From NCBI GenBank assembly GCA_963727445.1, contig CAVSGI010000009.1, positions 128,001 to 192,000 of the forward strand: a stretch of DNA of 64,000 bases, read 5' to 3'. Below the pieces are notes generated by a model. It ran no database searches and had not been told where the DNA came from. It saw only the letters and a list, made by a program, of their open reading frames with translations. Made by a program: the position numbers and the translations under genes. Positions 43,980-56,388 of the stretch are shown in pieces. Position 1 is the stretch's first letter, and each line of letters opens with the position of its first letter. This DNA comes from an uncultured delta proteobacterium. GTDB lineage: Bacteria; Myxococcota_A; Polyangia; Polyangiales; B10-G4.

Positions 43980-44018
43980 GAGCCGGGTCGCGCTCACGCC
44001 GACCCGGCTCTTTTCTTT
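43980..44018 (+). terminator. Intrinsic terminator/attenuator between tuf and rpsJ
   Basis: GAGCCGGGTCG...CGACCCGGCTC 11-bp stem followed by TTTTCTTT. Confidence 0.75.
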
Positions 44019-44038
44019 CCCGAGACAGAGAGCGGCAG

Positions 44039-44339
<301 letters not shown>

Positions 44340-44353
44340 AGGCGGGGAGTACC

Positions 44354-45004
44354 ATGGCCAAGGTCACGATTTACGACACGGACAAGAAGGCAGTCGGCGA
44401 GCTGGATCTCGACGACGGCGTCTTCGGCACCGAGGTCAACGAAGGCCTCCTCTACGAGGTGGTCAAGGCGCAGCTCGCGTCGCGCCGCAAGGGCTCGCAC
44501 AGCACGAAGAACCGTGCCGAGGTCAGCGGGTCCAGCAAGAAGATCTACAAGCAGAAGGGCACCGGTCGCGCCCGCCACGGCACGATCCGCGCTCCGAGCT
44601 TCGTCGGCGGCGGTCAGGCGCACGGGCCTCGGCCGAAGAGCTGGGCGTACCGTCCGCCGCGCAAGATGCGCATCGGCGCGCTCAAGAGCGCTCTCTCGCT
44701 CAAGCTCGGCGAAGGCAAGCTCGTCGTCCTCGACAAGCTCTCGCTCGACGAGATCAAGACCAAGGCGCTCGCCGGCATCCTCGACAAGCTCGAGGTGGCG
44801 AAGAGCTCGCTCATCGTGGACGTCGCGGGCAACGACAACCTGCGCCTCTCGGCCCGGAACCTCGCGTCCCACCAGTACCTGCCCCCCGAGGGCGTCAACC
44901 TCTACGACGTGCTTCGTCACGAGCACCTCGTCCTGACCAAGGACGCGGCTCTGGCGCTTCAGGCGCGTTGCAACGGTCAGCCGCTGGCTGACGCGGCGGA
45001 GTGA
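44354..45004 (+). CDS. rplD: 50S ribosomal protein L4
   Basis: [20 protein letters not shown] and [10 protein letters not shown]. Confidence 0.96.
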   Translation: MAKVTIYDTDKKAVGELDLDDGVFGTEVNEGLLYEVVKAQLASRRKGSHSTKNRAEVSGSSKKIYKQKGTGRARHGTIRAPSFVGGGQAHGPRPKSWAYRPPRKMRIGALKSALSLKLGEGKLVVLDKLSLDEIKTKALAGILDKLEVAKSSLIVDVAGNDNLRLSARNLASHQYLPPEGVNLYDVLRHEHLVLTKDAALALQARCNGQPLADAAE

Positions 45005-45008
45005 TCCG

Positions 45009-45299
45009 ATGAAGGCCGAAAACGTCATCAAGCGTCCGCTCATCCTCACCGAGAAGGGGAGCGTCCTCCGCGAGGAGGAGAACAAGTACCTCTTCGAGGT
45101 GCACCCCGAATCCAACAAGATCGAGATCAAGAACGCCGTCGAGACGCTGTTCAAGGTCACGGTCGAGGACGTCAACACCCTCATCGTGCGGGGCCGCATG
45201 CGCCGGATGGGCCGCGGCCGCGCCAAGACCAAGAACTGGAAGAAGGCGATCGTCACCCTGTCGGATGGCGAGTCGATCGACTTCTTCGAGGGAGCCTGA
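45009..45299 (+). CDS. rplW: 50S ribosomal protein L23
   Basis: [19 protein letters not shown] and WKKAIVTL. Confidence 0.96.
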   Translation: MKAENVIKRPLILTEKGSVLREEENKYLFEVHPESNKIEIKNAVETLFKVTVEDVNTLIVRGRMRRMGRGRAKTKNWKKAIVTLSDGESIDFFEGA

Positions 45300-45303
45300 T
45301 CCG

Positions 45304-46130
<827 letters not shown>

Positions 46131-46131
<1 letters not shown>

Positions 46132-46438
46132 TGCCGCGTTCAGCCAAAAAGGGTCCGTTCATCGACGACCATCTTCAGAAGAAGGTCGATGCAGCGACCA
46201 AGAGTGGCGACCGCAAGGTCATCCGGACGTGGTCGCGGCGCTCCGACGATCACCCCGGACTTCGTCGGGCTCACAGTTCGCCGTCCACAACGGCAACAAG
46301 TTCGTCACCGTCTACGTCACGGAGAACATGGTCGGGCACAAGCTCGGCGAGTTCGCTCCGACGCGCACCTTCCACGGCCACGCCGCCGACAAGAAGGGCA
46401 AGGGCGGCAAGGTCAACCCGAGGACTGGAAAGCGTTGA
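46131..46438 (+). CDS. rpsS: 30S ribosomal protein S19 (two +1 frameshifts near 46245 and 46276)
   Basis: [25 protein letters not shown] and [19 protein letters not shown] fall in successive frames. Confidence 0.95.
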
Positions 46439-46486
46439 ATCAGTGGGGCTGCGTGCTACACGCGCCCCCGGATGAAGGCCAGAGAC

Positions 46487-46831
46487 ATGGAAGCGATTGC
46501 AAAGGCTCGATTTCAGAGGATTTCCCCGCGGAAAGCGCGGATGGTCCTCGATATGGTGCGCGGAGAGCCCGTCGCCGAGGCGGCGGCCAAGCTCCGGTTC
46601 ACCAAGAAGGCGGCAGCGCCCCTCGTGGCGAAGCTGCTCGACAGCGCCATCGCCAACGCGCGTCAGAAGGACGAGAACGTCGACCTCGACGACCTCGTCA
46701 TCAAGACCGCGATGGCCGACAAGGCGCCGGACCGTCACATGCGCCGCTGGCGCCCTCGGGCACAGGGACGCGCCACCCGCATCGTGAAGGGCATGAGCCA
46801 TTTGACGATCGTTCTTTCGGACGAGGAGTAG
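46487..46831 (+). CDS. rplV: 50S ribosomal protein L22
   Basis: [14 protein letters not shown] and RPRAQGRA. Confidence 0.96.
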   Translation: MEAIAKARFQRISPRKARMVLDMVRGEPVAEAAAKLRFTKKAAAPLVAKLLDSAIANARQKDENVDLDDLVIKTAMADKAPDRHMRRWRPRAQGRATRIVKGMSHLTIVLSDEE

Positions 46832-46835
46832 GACA

Positions 46836-47504
46836 GTGGGCCAGAAGACACACCCGTACGGATTTCGTCTCGGCGTCATCAAGACCTGGAAGTCCAAGTG
46901 GTACGAGGACAAGAACTACGCGAAGTGGCTCCACGAGGACCTCGCGCTGAAGCGCACGATCCGCGAGAAGTTCGCGCACGCGGGCATCGCCGAGATCGAG
47001 ATCGAGCGCGCGGCCAACAAGGCGAAGGTGGTCATCTACACCTCGCGGCCGGGCATCATCATCGGTAAGCGCGGCGCCGGCGTCGAGCAGCTCAAGGCGG
47101 AGCTCCAGAAGCTCACCGACAACGAGCTCTTCGTCGACATCCAGGAGATCCGCAAGGCGGAGACCAACGCTCAGCTCGTCGCAGACAACATCGCGACCCA
47201 GCTCGAGCGCCGCGTCGCCTTCCGCCGTGCGATGAAGAAGGCGGTCTCCACCGCGATGAAGTTCGGCGTGAAGGGCATCCGCGTTCGCGCCGGCGGCCGC
47301 CTCGGCGGCACCGAGATCAGCCGCGTCGAGGGGTACCGCGAGGGCCGCGTGCCGCTCCACACCCTGCGCGCCGACATCCAGTACGGCGAGACCACCGCCA
47401 AGACCAAGGCGGGCACCATCGGCATCAAGTGTTGGATCTTCAAGGGCGAGATCATCCAGGGCCGTCGTCGCGGTCCGAACGCTCCCGCTCCCAGGACCCG
47501 CTGA
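46836..47504 (+). CDS. rpsC: 30S ribosomal protein S3
   Basis: [13 protein letters not shown] and [12 protein letters not shown]. Confidence 0.97.
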   Translation: MGQKTHPYGFRLGVIKTWKSKWYEDKNYAKWLHEDLALKRTIREKFAHAGIAEIEIERAANKAKVVIYTSRPGIIIGKRGAGVEQLKAELQKLTDNELFVDIQEIRKAETNAQLVADNIATQLERRVAFRRAMKKAVSTAMKFGVKGIRVRAGGRLGGTEISRVEGYREGRVPLHTLRADIQYGETTAKTKAGTIGIKCWIFKGEIIQGRRRGPNAPAPRTR

Positions 47505-47519
47505 GGAAGAGACGTAGCC

Positions 47520-47936
47520 ATGCTTCAGCCGAAACGAACCAAGTTCCGTAAGCAGATGAAGGGCAAGATGCGCGGCCTCGCGTATCGCGGCTCCAACGTC
47601 AGCTTCGGCGATTACGGCCTGGCCGTGACCGAGTGCGGTCGCATCACCGCCCGTCAGATCGAGGCGGCGCGTATGGCGATTCAGCGCAAGGTGAAGCGCC
47701 AGGGCAAGCTCTACATCCGGGTGTTCCCGGACAAGCCGGTCAGCAAGAAGCCCCTCGAGACTCGTATGGGTAAGGGCAAAGGCGCCGTCGACCAGTGGGT
47801 CGCCGTCGTCAAGCCCGGCAAGGTGCTCTACGAGATCGAAGGCGTGACCGAGGAGCAGGCGCGCGAGGCGTTCCGCATCGCCGCCTTCAAGCTCCCGCTT
47901 CCCACCGTCTTTCGCGTTCGAGGAGAAGGGCTGTGA
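47520..47936 (+). CDS. rplP: 50S ribosomal protein L16
   Basis: [11 protein letters not shown] and RMGKGKG. Confidence 0.97.
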   Translation: MLQPKRTKFRKQMKGKMRGLAYRGSNVSFGDYGLAVTECGRITARQIEAARMAIQRKVKRQGKLYIRVFPDKPVSKKPLETRMGKGKGAVDQWVAVVKPGKVLYEIEGVTEEQAREAFRIAAFKLPLPTVFRVRGEGL

Positions 47937-48136
47937 AGAACTCTGAGCTCAGGGAGCACACCGACGAGGAGCTCCGCAACATGGAAGCCGATCTCGCGCG
48001 CGAGCTCTGGCAGGCGCGGTTCGACAACCACACCAACCAGCTCGACGATACGAGCTCGATCAAGAAGCTGCGCCGTCGCATCGCGAAGGTGAAGACCATT
48101 CTCACCGAGCGCGCCAGCGCTGCGGAGCAGGGGTAA
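47933..48136 (+). CDS. rpmC: 50S ribosomal protein L29
   Basis: GTG start, ELRE..EEL and [11 protein letters not shown]; expected operon position. Confidence 0.92.
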   Translation: MKNSELREHTDEELRNMEADLARELWQARFDNHTNQLDDTSSIKKLRRRIAKVKTILTERASAAEQG

Positions 48137-48143
48137 GTAAGTC

Positions 48144-48446
48144 ATGGCCGAAGCCACTCCGAAGAAGATCAAGGATCGCGGGGCGCGACGTAAGCTCGTC
48201 GGCCGCGTGGTCAACGACACCAAGAACCCGAACCGCGCGAAGAAGACGGTCACGATCGAAGTCATTCGACGCTTCCGTGACCCTTTCTACGGCAAGTACG
48301 TCAAGCAGCGTAAGCGCGTCCACGCCCACGACGAGAACCACGAGTACCGCACCCGTGACCTCGTCGAGATCGAGGAGAGCCGTCCGCTCTCCAAGACCAA
48401 GCGTTGGGTCGTGACCAAGCTGCTCGAGCGTCCGCCCGAGGTCTAG
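48144..48446 (+). CDS. rpsQ: 30S ribosomal protein S17
   Basis: KTVTI, YGKYV, AHDE and RPLSKTKRW. Confidence 0.95.
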   Translation: MAEATPKKIKDRGARRKLVGRVVNDTKNPNRAKKTVTIEVIRRFRDPFYGKYVKQRKRVHAHDENHEYRTRDLVEIEESRPLSKTKRWVVTKLLERPPEV

Positions 48447-48450
48447 ACCG

Positions 48451-48819
48451 ATGATTCAGACGCAAACGGAAATGGACGTCGCGGACAACAGCGGCGCGAA
48501 GCGAGTCGAGGTCATCAAGGTCCTCGGCGGCTCGCGGCGCCGCTACGCCGCCCTCGGTGACATCGTCGTCGTCTCCATCAAGGAGGCGCTTCCCACCGCC
48601 AAGGTGAAGAAGGGCGACGTGGCCAAGGCGGTCGTGGTCCGGACCAAGTTCGGCTATCGCCGGTACGACGGCAGCTACATCAAGTTCGACACGAACAGCG
48701 CCGTCCTCCTCAACAACCAGCTCGAGCCCGTCGGGACCCGCATCTTCGGCCCGGTCGCGCGCGAGCTCCGCACGAAGCGCTTCATGAAGATCGTTTCGCT
48801 GGCGCCGGAGGTCATCTGA
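48451..48819 (+). CDS. rplN: 50S ribosomal protein L14
   Basis: [20 protein letters not shown] and SLAPEV. Confidence 0.98.
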   Translation: MIQTQTEMDVADNSGAKRVEVIKVLGGSRRRYAALGDIVVVSIKEALPTAKVKKGDVAKAVVVRTKFGYRRYDGSYIKFDTNSAVLLNNQLEPVGTRIFGPVARELRTKRFMKIVSLAPEVI

Positions 48820-49136
48820 TGGCCCATCGTCTCAAGAAGGACGACCTCGTGGTCGTCATCGCCGGGCGCTCCAAGGGCGAGGTCGGCCGCATCCTCAAGG
48901 TCGACGCCGCCAGTGGCCGCGTCATCGTCGAGGGCGTCAACCGCGTCAAGAAGCACCAGAAGCCCACGCCGAAGAATCCCACCGGTGGGATTGTCGAGGT
49001 GGAGGCGCCCATCCACGTGTCCAACGTGATGCTCCAGGACCCGAAGGAGGAAGCTCCGACCCGGGTTCGCATGGGCGTCGACAAGGACGGCAAGAAGGTC
49101 CGAATCGCCGTGAAGAGCGGTTCGGTGATCGACTGA
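48819..49136 (+). CDS. rplX: 50S ribosomal protein L24
   Basis: KKDD.VVVIAG..KG and EAPIHVSNV. Confidence 0.96.
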   Translation: MAHRLKKDDLVVVIAGRSKGEVGRILKVDAASGRVIVEGVNRVKKHQKPTPKNPTGGIVEVEAPIHVSNVMLQDPKEEAPTRVRMGVDKDGKKVRIAVKSGSVID

Positions 49137-49149
49137 ATCGGTGAATGCG

Positions 49150-49704
49150 ATGTCCGAATCAATCACGCCCCGTCTCCTGAAGAAGTACACGGAAGAGGTC
49201 GTCCCGGCCCTTCAGAAGGAGTTCGGCTACAAGAACCCGATGCAGGTGCCCCGTCTGACCAAGATCGTGGTCAACATGGGCCTCGGCGAGGCGGTGCAGA
49301 ACTCGAAGATCGTCGAGGCTGCTGTCACCGATCTCACCGCGATCACCGGTCAGAAGCCGGTCGTCACCCGCGCGCGGAAGTCGATCGCCACCTTCAAGCT
49401 CCGCGAGGGCATGCCCATCGGCGCGATGGTCACCCTCCGCCGAGCGCGGATGTGGGAGTTCTACGACCGCCTGGTCACCTTCGCCCTGCCGCGCGTGCGC
49501 GACTTCAAGGGCGTCAGTGCCAAGGCCTTCGACGGCCGCGGTAACTACACCCTCGGCGTGCGGGAGCAGATCGTCTTCCCGGAGATCGAGTACGACAAGG
49601 TCGACAAGATCAAGGGCCTCAACATCACGCTCGTCACGACGGCTGAGAACGACGAGCAGGCACGCGCGCTGTTGCGCGGCCTCGGGATGCCTTTCCGCAA
49701 GTAG
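49150..49704 (+). CDS. rplE: 50S ribosomal protein L5
   Basis: [16 protein letters not shown] and FDGRGNY. Confidence 0.97.
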   Translation: MSESITPRLLKKYTEEVVPALQKEFGYKNPMQVPRLTKIVVNMGLGEAVQNSKIVEAAVTDLTAITGQKPVVTRARKSIATFKLREGMPIGAMVTLRRARMWEFYDRLVTFALPRVRDFKGVSAKAFDGRGNYTLGVREQIVFPEIEYDKVDKIKGLNITLVTTAENDEQARALLRGLGMPFRK

Positions 49705-49718
49705 AGAGAGAGATAGCG

Positions 49719-49904
49719 ATGGCAAGCGCACGCATGTTCGCGAAACTGAAGTCGACCCCGAAGTTCAAGGTCAGGCACCGCAATCGTTGCAAGGTCTGTG
49801 GCCGCTCGCGCGCGTACTACCGCAAGTTCGAGCTGTGCCGAATCTGCCTCCGTAAGTACGCCCTCGCGGGAGACATCCCGGGCGTCACGAAGTCGAGCTG
49901 GTGA
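49719..49904 (+). CDS. rpsN: 30S ribosomal protein S14 (short Zn-binding type Z)
   Basis: RCKVCGR...LCRIC and PGVTKSSW. Confidence 0.96.
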   Translation: MASARMFAKLKSTPKFKVRHRNRCKVCGRSRAYYRKFELCRICLRKYALAGDIPGVTKSSW

Positions 49905-49917
49905 AGGAAGTCACGTC

Positions 49918-50310
49918 ATGAACTCTGATCCGATCAGTGACATGCTCGCGCGCATCCGGAACGCCTCCCTGGCGCGCCTGGACCGCACCGAAATGCCCTT
50001 GTCCAAGATCAAGGTGGGTATCGCCGAGATCCTGAAGCAGGAGGGCTTCATCTCCGACTTCCGCGTGGAAGAGGAGCATCCCGCGAAGCTGACCGTGTAC
50101 ATGAAGTACGGTCGCGATCGGGAGAGCGCCATCGCCGGGATGCGCCGCAAGAGCCGCCCCGGTCGCCGTGTCTACGTCGGCTACCGCGACATTCCGAAGG
50201 TGCTCAACGGCCTCGGCGTGTCCATCGTGTCGACCAGCAAGGGCGTCATGACCGACGCCACCGCCCGCGAGACCAAAGTGGGCGGCGAGATCCTCTGCGA
50301 GGTCTGGTGA
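49918..50310 (+). CDS. rpsH: 30S ribosomal protein S8
   Basis: DPISDMLARIRN, SRPGRRVY and STSKGVMT. Confidence 0.97.
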   Translation: MNSDPISDMLARIRNASLARLDRTEMPLSKIKVGIAEILKQEGFISDFRVEEEHPAKLTVYMKYGRDRESAIAGMRRKSRPGRRVYVGYRDIPKVLNGLGVSIVSTSKGVMTDATARETKVGGEILCEVW

Positions 50311-50888
50311 TGTCCGAAGCCACCGAAAAGCAGTCGCGGGTCGGCAAGGCGCCGATTCCGATCGTGAAGGGCGTCGACGTGAAGATCGACGGCCAGACGA
50401 TCTCCCTCAAGGGACCGAAGGGCGAGATCACCCACGAGGCGCACCACGAGGTGAAGGTCGAGAAGCAGGGCGAGGAGATCGTCGTCATTCCGAGCAGTCG
50501 GAAGGCGAACCAGTTCCAGGGCCTGACCCGCTCGATCCTCGCCAACGCGGTGCACGGCGTCTCCGAGGGGTTCAAGACCAGCCTCGACCTCTACGGGGTC
50601 GGCTATCGCGCCGAGCTCAAGGGGTCTGCGCTGAATCTCAGCCTCGGCCTGAGCCACGTCGTCAACTACGAGCTGCCCGCCGGGGTCAAGGCGCGCATCG
50701 AGACCATCGACGAGGGCGGTCTGAAGCGCCCCCGCGTGCATCTCGAGAGCCACGACAAGTCGCTCCTGGGGCAGGTCGCGGGCCGCATCAAGTCGTTCCG
50801 CCCGCCGGAGCCCTACAAGGGCAAGGGCGTGCGCTTCACCGGTGAGCGCATCAGGGAGAAGGCCGGCAAGGCCGGTAAGGGCGCCTGA
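50310..50888 (+). CDS. rplF: 50S ribosomal protein L6
   Basis: [14 protein letters not shown] and [10 protein letters not shown]. Confidence 0.97.
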   Translation: MSEATEKQSRVGKAPIPIVKGVDVKIDGQTISLKGPKGEITHEAHHEVKVEKQGEEIVVIPSSRKANQFQGLTRSILANAVHGVSEGFKTSLDLYGVGYRAELKGSALNLSLGLSHVVNYELPAGVKARIETIDEGGLKRPRVHLESHDKSLLGQVAGRIKSFRPPEPYKGKGVRFTGERIREKAGKAGKGA

Positions 50889-50889
50889 C

Positions 50890-51011
50890 GATGGACCTCG
50901 TTCACACCATCCGCCGGCTTACGTCCTCGGCCACTCCCTGCGACGCACCTTCAGTGCGTCTCGGTCGGGCGCTGTGGGCGCGCTCGGCGGCTGGCGCAAA
51001 CGAGGCCCATC
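50890..51011. repeat. Long imperfect palindrome (REPIN-like) between rplF and rplR
   Basis: Nested stems GATGG-A-CCTCGTT / AACGAGG-C-CCATC, CCGCCG/CGGCGG and GACGCAC-CTTCA-GTGCGTC. Confidence 0.7.
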
Positions 51012-51036
51012 TGAGTCTTTCAAACGGGTGTTTGTC

Positions 51037-51390
51037 ATGAAGAAGCGAGAAGAGATTCGGGCCAAGCGCAAGAAGCGCATCCGGAAGAAGATCGAGGGCA
51101 GCGCGGAGCGTCCGCGTCTCTCGGTGTTCCGGAGCACCAAGCACATCTACGCCCAGGTCGTCGACGACCTCACCGGCAAGACCCTCGCGTGCGCGTCCTC
51201 GCTCGACAAAGAGCTCAAGGGCACGGAAGGCACGAAGACGGACGCGGCCAAGGCCGTGGGCACTCGTCTCGCCGAGGTCTGCAAGGGCAAGGGCATCGAG
51301 AAGGTCGTCTTCGACCGGAACGGGTTCATCTATCACGGCCGCGTCAAGGCGGTTGCGGAGGGCGCTCGCGAGGGCGGCCTCAACTTCTGA
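51037..51390 (+). CDS. rplR: 50S ribosomal protein L18
   Basis: [15 protein letters not shown] and [12 protein letters not shown]. Confidence 0.97.
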   Translation: MKKREEIRAKRKKRIRKKIEGSAERPRLSVFRSTKHIYAQVVDDLTGKTLACASSLDKELKGTEGTKTDAAKAVGTRLAEVCKGKGIEKVVFDRNGFIYHGRVKAVAEGAREGGLNF

Positions 51391-51408
51391 AGCGATTAGG
51401 GCATTTCA

Positions 51409-51942
51409 ATGCGTCACGACGAAATCATCGATCCGAACACGCTCGAGGACCTCTCCGAGCGCGTGATCCACATCAACCGCGTCGCCAAGGTGGTCAAGGG
51501 CGGCCGGCGCTTCAGCTTCTCCGCTCTGGTCGTCGTCGGTGACGGCAAGGGCCACGTGGGTGTGGGCCTGGGCAAGGCCAACGAGGTGCCGGACGCCATC
51601 CGCAAGGGGAACGAGCGTGCTCGGAAGAACATCTTCCGGGTGCCCCTGGTCGGGACGACCATCCCCCACAAGATCGACGGACACTTCGGTGCAGGTCACG
51701 TGATGCTCCGCCCGGCCAGCGAAGGTACGGGCGTCATCGCCGGCGGCGCGGTTCGCGCCGTCGTCGAGGCGGCGGGCATCCGCGACGTGCTCTGCAAAAT
51801 CCTCAACACCACCAACCCGCACAACGTCGTTCACGCGACGGTGACCGCGCTCAAGGGACTGCACTCGGCGGAGTCGGTTTCGGCGCGCCGCGGCAAGCCG
51901 GTCGGCCAGAAGAAGGCGGCGACCCCTGAGGTGAGCGCATGA
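51409..51942 (+). CDS. rpsE: 30S ribosomal protein S5
   Basis: [23 protein letters not shown] and GTGVIAGG. Confidence 0.98.
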   Translation: MRHDEIIDPNTLEDLSERVIHINRVAKVVKGGRRFSFSALVVVGDGKGHVGVGLGKANEVPDAIRKGNERARKNIFRVPLVGTTIPHKIDGHFGAGHVMLRPASEGTGVIAGGAVRAVVEAAGIRDVLCKILNTTNPHNVVHATVTALKGLHSAESVSARRGKPVGQKKAATPEVSA

Positions 51943-52127
51943 AGGCCAAGCTCAAAGTCACGCAGTTGCGCAGCGGTATCGGGCGCCCTGCACACCAGAA
52001 CAAGATCCTTCGGGGCCTCGGGCTCCGCGGACCGAATCGGTCTGTGGTCGTGGCCAACACCGCGGACTTCCGCGGGATGATCAAGAAGGTGCTTCACCTC
52101 GTCACGGTGGAGGAGATCGATGGCTGA
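51939..52127 (+). CDS. rpmD: 50S ribosomal protein L30
   Basis: [14 protein letters not shown] and GMIKKV.HLV. Confidence 0.93.
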   Translation: MKAKLKVTQLRSGIGRPAHQNKILRGLGLRGPNRSVVVANTADFRGMIKKVLHLVTVEEIDG

Positions 52128-52639
52128 AGAAGTAAACGATGACGTCCCGATCCTCTCGCGGCTCTCGCCGCCGGAGGGCGCGGTGCGCGGCAAGAAGCGA
52201 AAGGGTCGCGGCGTGGGCTCCGGCCTCGGCAAGACCAGCGGCAAGGGCATGAAGGGTCAGAAGGCCCGCAGCCCCGGCAACTTCCAGCACCTCGGCTTCG
52301 AGGGTGGCCAGACGCCGATCTATCGTCGCCTCCCGAAGTTCGGCTTCAAGAACCCCTTCTCCAAGAAGGTCGCGACCGTGAACGTCGCCGATCTCGGCCC
52401 GCTTCGACGCGGGCGCGACGGTGAACGAGGAGTCGCTTCGCGAGGCGCGCCTCGTACGCGGCGTCTTCGACCGCATCAAGGTGCTCGGCAATGGGGAGCT
52501 CGACAAGAAGCTCACCGTCGAGGCGAACGCCTTCAGCAAGAGCGCGAAGGAGAAGATCGAGAAGGCCGGTGGCACCGTCACGGTCATCGAGATCCCGGAG
52601 CGCAAGTACGTCCGCGGAAAGAACCAAGCCGACAGCTGA
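52120..52639 (+). CDS. rplO: 50S ribosomal protein L15 (+1 frameshift near 52399)
   Basis: [18 protein letters not shown] and [14 protein letters not shown], then [15 protein letters not shown] in the next frame. Confidence 0.95.
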
Positions 52640-52656
52640 GCATCGGGGACTGCTGA

Positions 52657-53967
52657 ATGAGCGCCTTCGCGAACATCGCCAAGATTCCGGAGCTCCGGCG
52701 CCGCATCCTCTTCACCCTGGGGATGCTCGCCGTCTATCGGATCGGCATCTTCGTCACGTCACCCGGCGTCGACCGGAACGTGATGCAGCAGATCGTCTCT
52801 TCTCAGGGCGGTCTGCTCGGCATGTTCAACCTCTTCTCGGGAGGCGCGCTCGAGCAGCTCTCGATCTTCGCGCTGGGCATCATGCCCTACGTCACCTCGT
52901 CCATCATCCTTTCGCTGCTCGGCGTGGTCATCAAGCCGCTCGAGGAGCTGAAGAAGGAAGGCGAGGCCGGTCAGCGCAAGATCAATCAGTACACGCGTTA
53001 CGGCACCGCGGGCCTGAGCTTCGTTCAGAGCTTCGGCATCGCGCTCTACCTCGAGAGCCTCAACGCGAGCTCGGTCTATGGTGACGTCGTCGCCGAGCCG
53101 GGCTGGGGCTTCCGCATCCTGACGATCATCACGCTCACCACGGGGACCTGCTTCCTGATGTGGCTCGGCGAGCAGATCACCGAGCGCGGCATCGGTAACG
53201 GCATCTCGCTGATCATCTTCGCCGGCATCGTCGCGAACCTGCCCGACAACGTCGTGCAGACCTTCCAGATGGTGCAGATCGGCCAGATGGAGCCCATCAC
53301 GCTCCTGTTGGTGGTCGGCATCGGCCTCGGCGTGATCGCGGTCATCTGCTTCTTCGAGCGCGCCCAGCGCCGCCTGCCGATCCACTACGCCAAGCGCATG
53401 GTCGGCCGGAAGATGTACGGCGGACAGACCTCGCACCTGCCGCTTCGCGTGAACATGAGCGGCGTCATCCCGCCCATCTTCGCCTCGTCGCTGATGATGT
53501 TCCCGGTGACCCTCGGCACTTACAACGTGCCCGGGATGGATTGGGTCCAGCAGCAGTTGGTCCCGGGCACATGGAGCTACACCACCATCTTCGCGGCGAT
53601 GGTCATCTTCTTCTGCTTCTTCTACACGTCGGTCACCTTCCAGCCGGTCGACGTCGCGGAGAACCTCAAGAAGCAGAACGCGTTCATCCCGGGCATCCGC
53701 CCCGGCAAGGCGACGGCTGACTACATCGACCGCGTCGTGACGCGCATCACCTTCGGCGGCGCCCTCTACGTGGCGATCGTCTGCACCATCCCGGACCTCA
53801 TGCAGTCCGGCTGGCGCGTGCCGTTCTATCTCGGTGGCACCTCGCTCATGATCGTGGTCGGCGTCGCGCTCGACACCGTTCAGCAGATCGAGTCGCACCT
53901 CATCACGCGTCACTACGAGGGTCTGACCGGACCCAAGGGTCCGCGCATCAGAGGGAGGCGCGGCTGA
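52657..53967 (+). CDS. secY: Preprotein translocase subunit SecY
   Basis: [27 protein letters not shown] and IPGIRPG. Confidence 0.98.
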   Translation: MSAFANIAKIPELRRRILFTLGMLAVYRIGIFVTSPGVDRNVMQQIVSSQGGLLGMFNLFSGGALEQLSIFALGIMPYVTSSIILSLLGVVIKPLEELKKEGEAGQRKINQYTRYGTAGLSFVQSFGIALYLESLNASSVYGDVVAEPGWGFRILTIITLTTGTCFLMWLGEQITERGIGNGISLIIFAGIVANLPDNVVQTFQMVQIGQMEPITLLLVVGIGLGVIAVICFFERAQRRLPIHYAKRMVGRKMYGGQTSHLPLRVNMSGVIPPIFASSLMMFPVTLGTYNVPGMDWVQQQLVPGTWSYTTIFAAMVIFFCFFYTSVTFQPVDVAENLKKQNAFIPGIRPGKATADYIDRVVTRITFGGALYVAIVCTIPDLMQSGWRVPFYLGGTSLMIVVGVALDTVQQIESHLITRHYEGLTGPKGPRIRGRRG

Positions 53968-54599
53968 TGGATCTCGTTCTCTTTGGACCCCCCGGCGCTG
54001 GCAAAGGCACCCAGGCCCAGCGCCTCACGGACATGCTCGAGGTCCCTCAGATCTCGACCGGCGACATGATGCGTGCCGAGAAGAAGTCCGGCTCGGACCT
54101 CGGGAAGAAGTTCGCCGAGTACATGGAGCAGGGAAAGCTGGTCCCCGACGAGATGGTCGGCGAGCTCATCAAGAAGCGCCTCGGTCAGGCTGACGCCAAA
54201 AACGGTGCGATCTTCGACGGTTACCCGCGGACCGTGGCCCAGGCCGAGCTCCTCGACCGGATCCTCGGCGAGCTCGAGCGCAAGGTCGACAAGGTCATCA
54301 GCATCGAGGTTCCGCTCGAGGACATCATCGAGCGAATCGGCGGAAGACGGACGGACCCGTCGACTGGACAAGTCTACCACCTGACGTACAATCCGCCCCC
54401 CGCTGACTTTTCGGGGGAGCTCGTCCAGCGCAAGGACGACACTCCCGAGGTCGTTCGCGAGCGCTACAAAGGCTACGAAAACAAGACTTTGCCGGTCCTT
54501 CCCTACTACGAGGCGAAGGGGCTGGTGGCAGCGGTGAACGGTGTCGGTTCACTCGACGAAGTAACGGAGCGTATCAAGGCAGCGATTGGAAAAAACTGA
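53967..54599 (+). CDS. adk: Adenylate kinase
   Basis: GPPGAGKGTQA, STGD, DGYPRT and QRKDD. Confidence 0.97.
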   Translation: MDLVLFGPPGAGKGTQAQRLTDMLEVPQISTGDMMRAEKKSGSDLGKKFAEYMEQGKLVPDEMVGELIKKRLGQADAKNGAIFDGYPRTVAQAELLDRILGELERKVDKVISIEVPLEDIIERIGGRRTDPSTGQVYHLTYNPPPADFSGELVQRKDDTPEVVRERYKGYENKTLPVLPYYEAKGLVAAVNGVGSLDEVTERIKAAIGKN

Positions 54600-54792
54600 G
54601 GAAGGGATCATCGAATCGGCCGAGCCCCGCGGACTCTATCGGGTGCGAACCGACGCAGGTCAGATGTTGACCGCGTCGATCAGCAGCCACGCGCGGCGCG
54701 TCACCGTGAAGTTCCTTCCCGGCGATCGAGTGGAGGTAGCGATATCCCCCATCGATCCCAGCCGAGGCCGGATTACCAAGAGACTGAGCTAG
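54586..54792 (+). CDS. infA: Translation initiation factor IF-1-like protein (divergent)
   Basis: S1/OB pattern with [17 protein letters not shown], at the canonical adk-infA-rpmJ position; TTG start. Confidence 0.7.
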   Translation: MEKTEEGIIESAEPRGLYRVRTDAGQMLTASISSHARRVTVKFLPGDRVEVAISPIDPSRGRITKRLS

Positions 54793-54803
54793 CGAGAAGC
54801 ACG

Positions 54804-54917
54804 ATGAAGGTACGACCCAGCGTCAAGAAGATTTGTGACAAGTGCAAGGTCATCCGCCGCAAGGGTGTCGTGCGCGTCATCTGTGAAAACCCCCGCCACA
54901 AGCAGCGGCAGGGCTGA
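54804..54917 (+). CDS. rpmJ: 50S ribosomal protein L36 (not in the ORF track)
   Basis: Manual translation: [37 protein letters not shown]. Confidence 0.97.
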   Translation: MKVRPSVKKICDKCKVIRRKGVVRVICENPRHKQRQG

Positions 54918-54934
54918 GAAGAGAGAGAAGAGTC

Positions 54935-55308
54935 ATGCCCCGCATTGCAGGCGTCGATATCCCGGGCCGTAAGCAGGTCCTCTATCTCGCTTCAGTACAT
55001 CTACGGAATCGGCCCGCAGATCGCGAAGGAGATCTGTGACAGGGCCGACATCCAGCCGGACAAGAAGGCGGACGACCTCGACGAGAACGAGGTGAAGCGG
55101 ATCCGCGAGGTCCTCGACCTCAACTTCAAGGTCGAGGGTGATCTTCGCCGCGACATCAACATGAACATCAAGCGCCTGATGGATCTCGGGTGCTATCGGG
55201 GTCTCCGCCATCGGCGCGGGCTCCCCGTGCGCGGCCAGCGCACTCACACCAACGCCCGCACCCGCAAGGGCCCGCGTCGTGGCGCGGCTGCCCGCCCGAA
55301 GAACGTAG
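54935..55308 (+). CDS. rpsM: 30S ribosomal protein S13 (+1 frameshifts near 54983 and 55304)
   Basis: [10 protein letters not shown], then [10 protein letters not shown] and [26 protein letters not shown]. Confidence 0.95.
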
Positions 55309-55322
55309 ATAAGAGGACCGAG

Positions 55323-55716
55323 ATGGCCAAGCCCGCGAAAGCTTCGAAGAAGAAGACCAAGAAGAAGAACGTCGGCAGTGGGATCGCCCACATCCAGTCG
55401 ACGTTCAACAACACGATCGTCACGATCACCGACCTCGCCGGGAACACCGTTTCCTGGTCGAGCGCCGGCGCCCGCGGCTTCAAGGGCTCCCGCAAGAGCA
55501 CGCCCTTCGCGGCGCAGCTCGCCGCCGAGGACGCCATCCGCAAGGCGCAGGACCACGGCGTGACCTCGGTCGCGGTCTTCGTGAAGTGGTCCGGGCGCGG
55601 GCCGCGAGAGCGCGCTTCGCGCGTTCGGCAACGCTGGCATGCGCGTCACGCTCATCCGCGACGTCACCCCGATTCCCCACAACGGTTGTCGCCCTCCCAA
55701 GCGCCGCCGCGTCTGA
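55323..55716 (+). CDS. rpsK: 30S ribosomal protein S11 (+1 frameshift near 55587)
   Basis: [10 protein letters not shown] and KSTPFAAQ, then [27 protein letters not shown]. Confidence 0.96.
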
Positions 55717-55736
55717 AGCTTAGAAGGTATTGAGAG

Positions 55737-56364
55737 ATGGCTCGTTACAACGGTCCGGTTTGTAAGCTCTGTCGTCGGGAAGGCATGAAGCTCTTCCTCA
55801 AGGGCGAGCGCTGCTACACCGACAAGTGCTCCTTCGACCGGCGTCCTTATCCGCCCGGCCAGCATGGCCAGCGCCGCATCAAGTTCACCGAGTACGGCAT
55901 CCGCCTTCGCGAGAAGCAGAAGGTCCGCCGCATCTACGGGATGGTCGAGAAGCAGTTCAAGCGCTACTTCAACGACGCCGACCGTCAGAAGGGCGTCACG
56001 GGTGAGAACTTCCTCTCGCTCCTCGAGCGCCGCCTCGACTCGCGTCACCTATCGTCTCGGCTTCGCCGCGACGCGTTCGGAGGCGCGCCAGCGGGTGCTC
56101 CACCGTCACATCCAGGTGAACGGCAAGACGGTCAACATCCCGAGCTACCGAATCAAGCCGGGCGACGTCGTCTCCGTCAAGGAGAAGAGCCGCAGCAAGC
56201 AGCGCATCGTCGAGTCCCTCGAGGGGGCCGAGCGGCGCGGGATTCCGGAGTGGCTCGAGCTCGACAAGGGCGCCTTCACCGGCACCGTCAAGACGCTCCC
56301 CATCCGCGAAGCCATCACGCTTCCGATTCAAGAACAGCTCATCGTCGAGTTCTACTCGCGGTAA
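55737..56364 (+). CDS. rpsD: 30S ribosomal protein S4, Zn-binding type (+1 frameshift near 56043)
   Basis: [16 protein letters not shown] and LERRLD, then YRLGFA.TR.EARQ..IVEFYSR. Confidence 0.96.
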
Positions 56365-56388
56365 TCGCACCAGGGTCCAGGAGAACAG

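Noticed and set aside
54945..55733. Apparent S13-S11 fusion ORF
   Set aside because: One extra base before the rpsM TAG (55306-55308) creates it, and rpsK has its own GAGG RBS and ATG.
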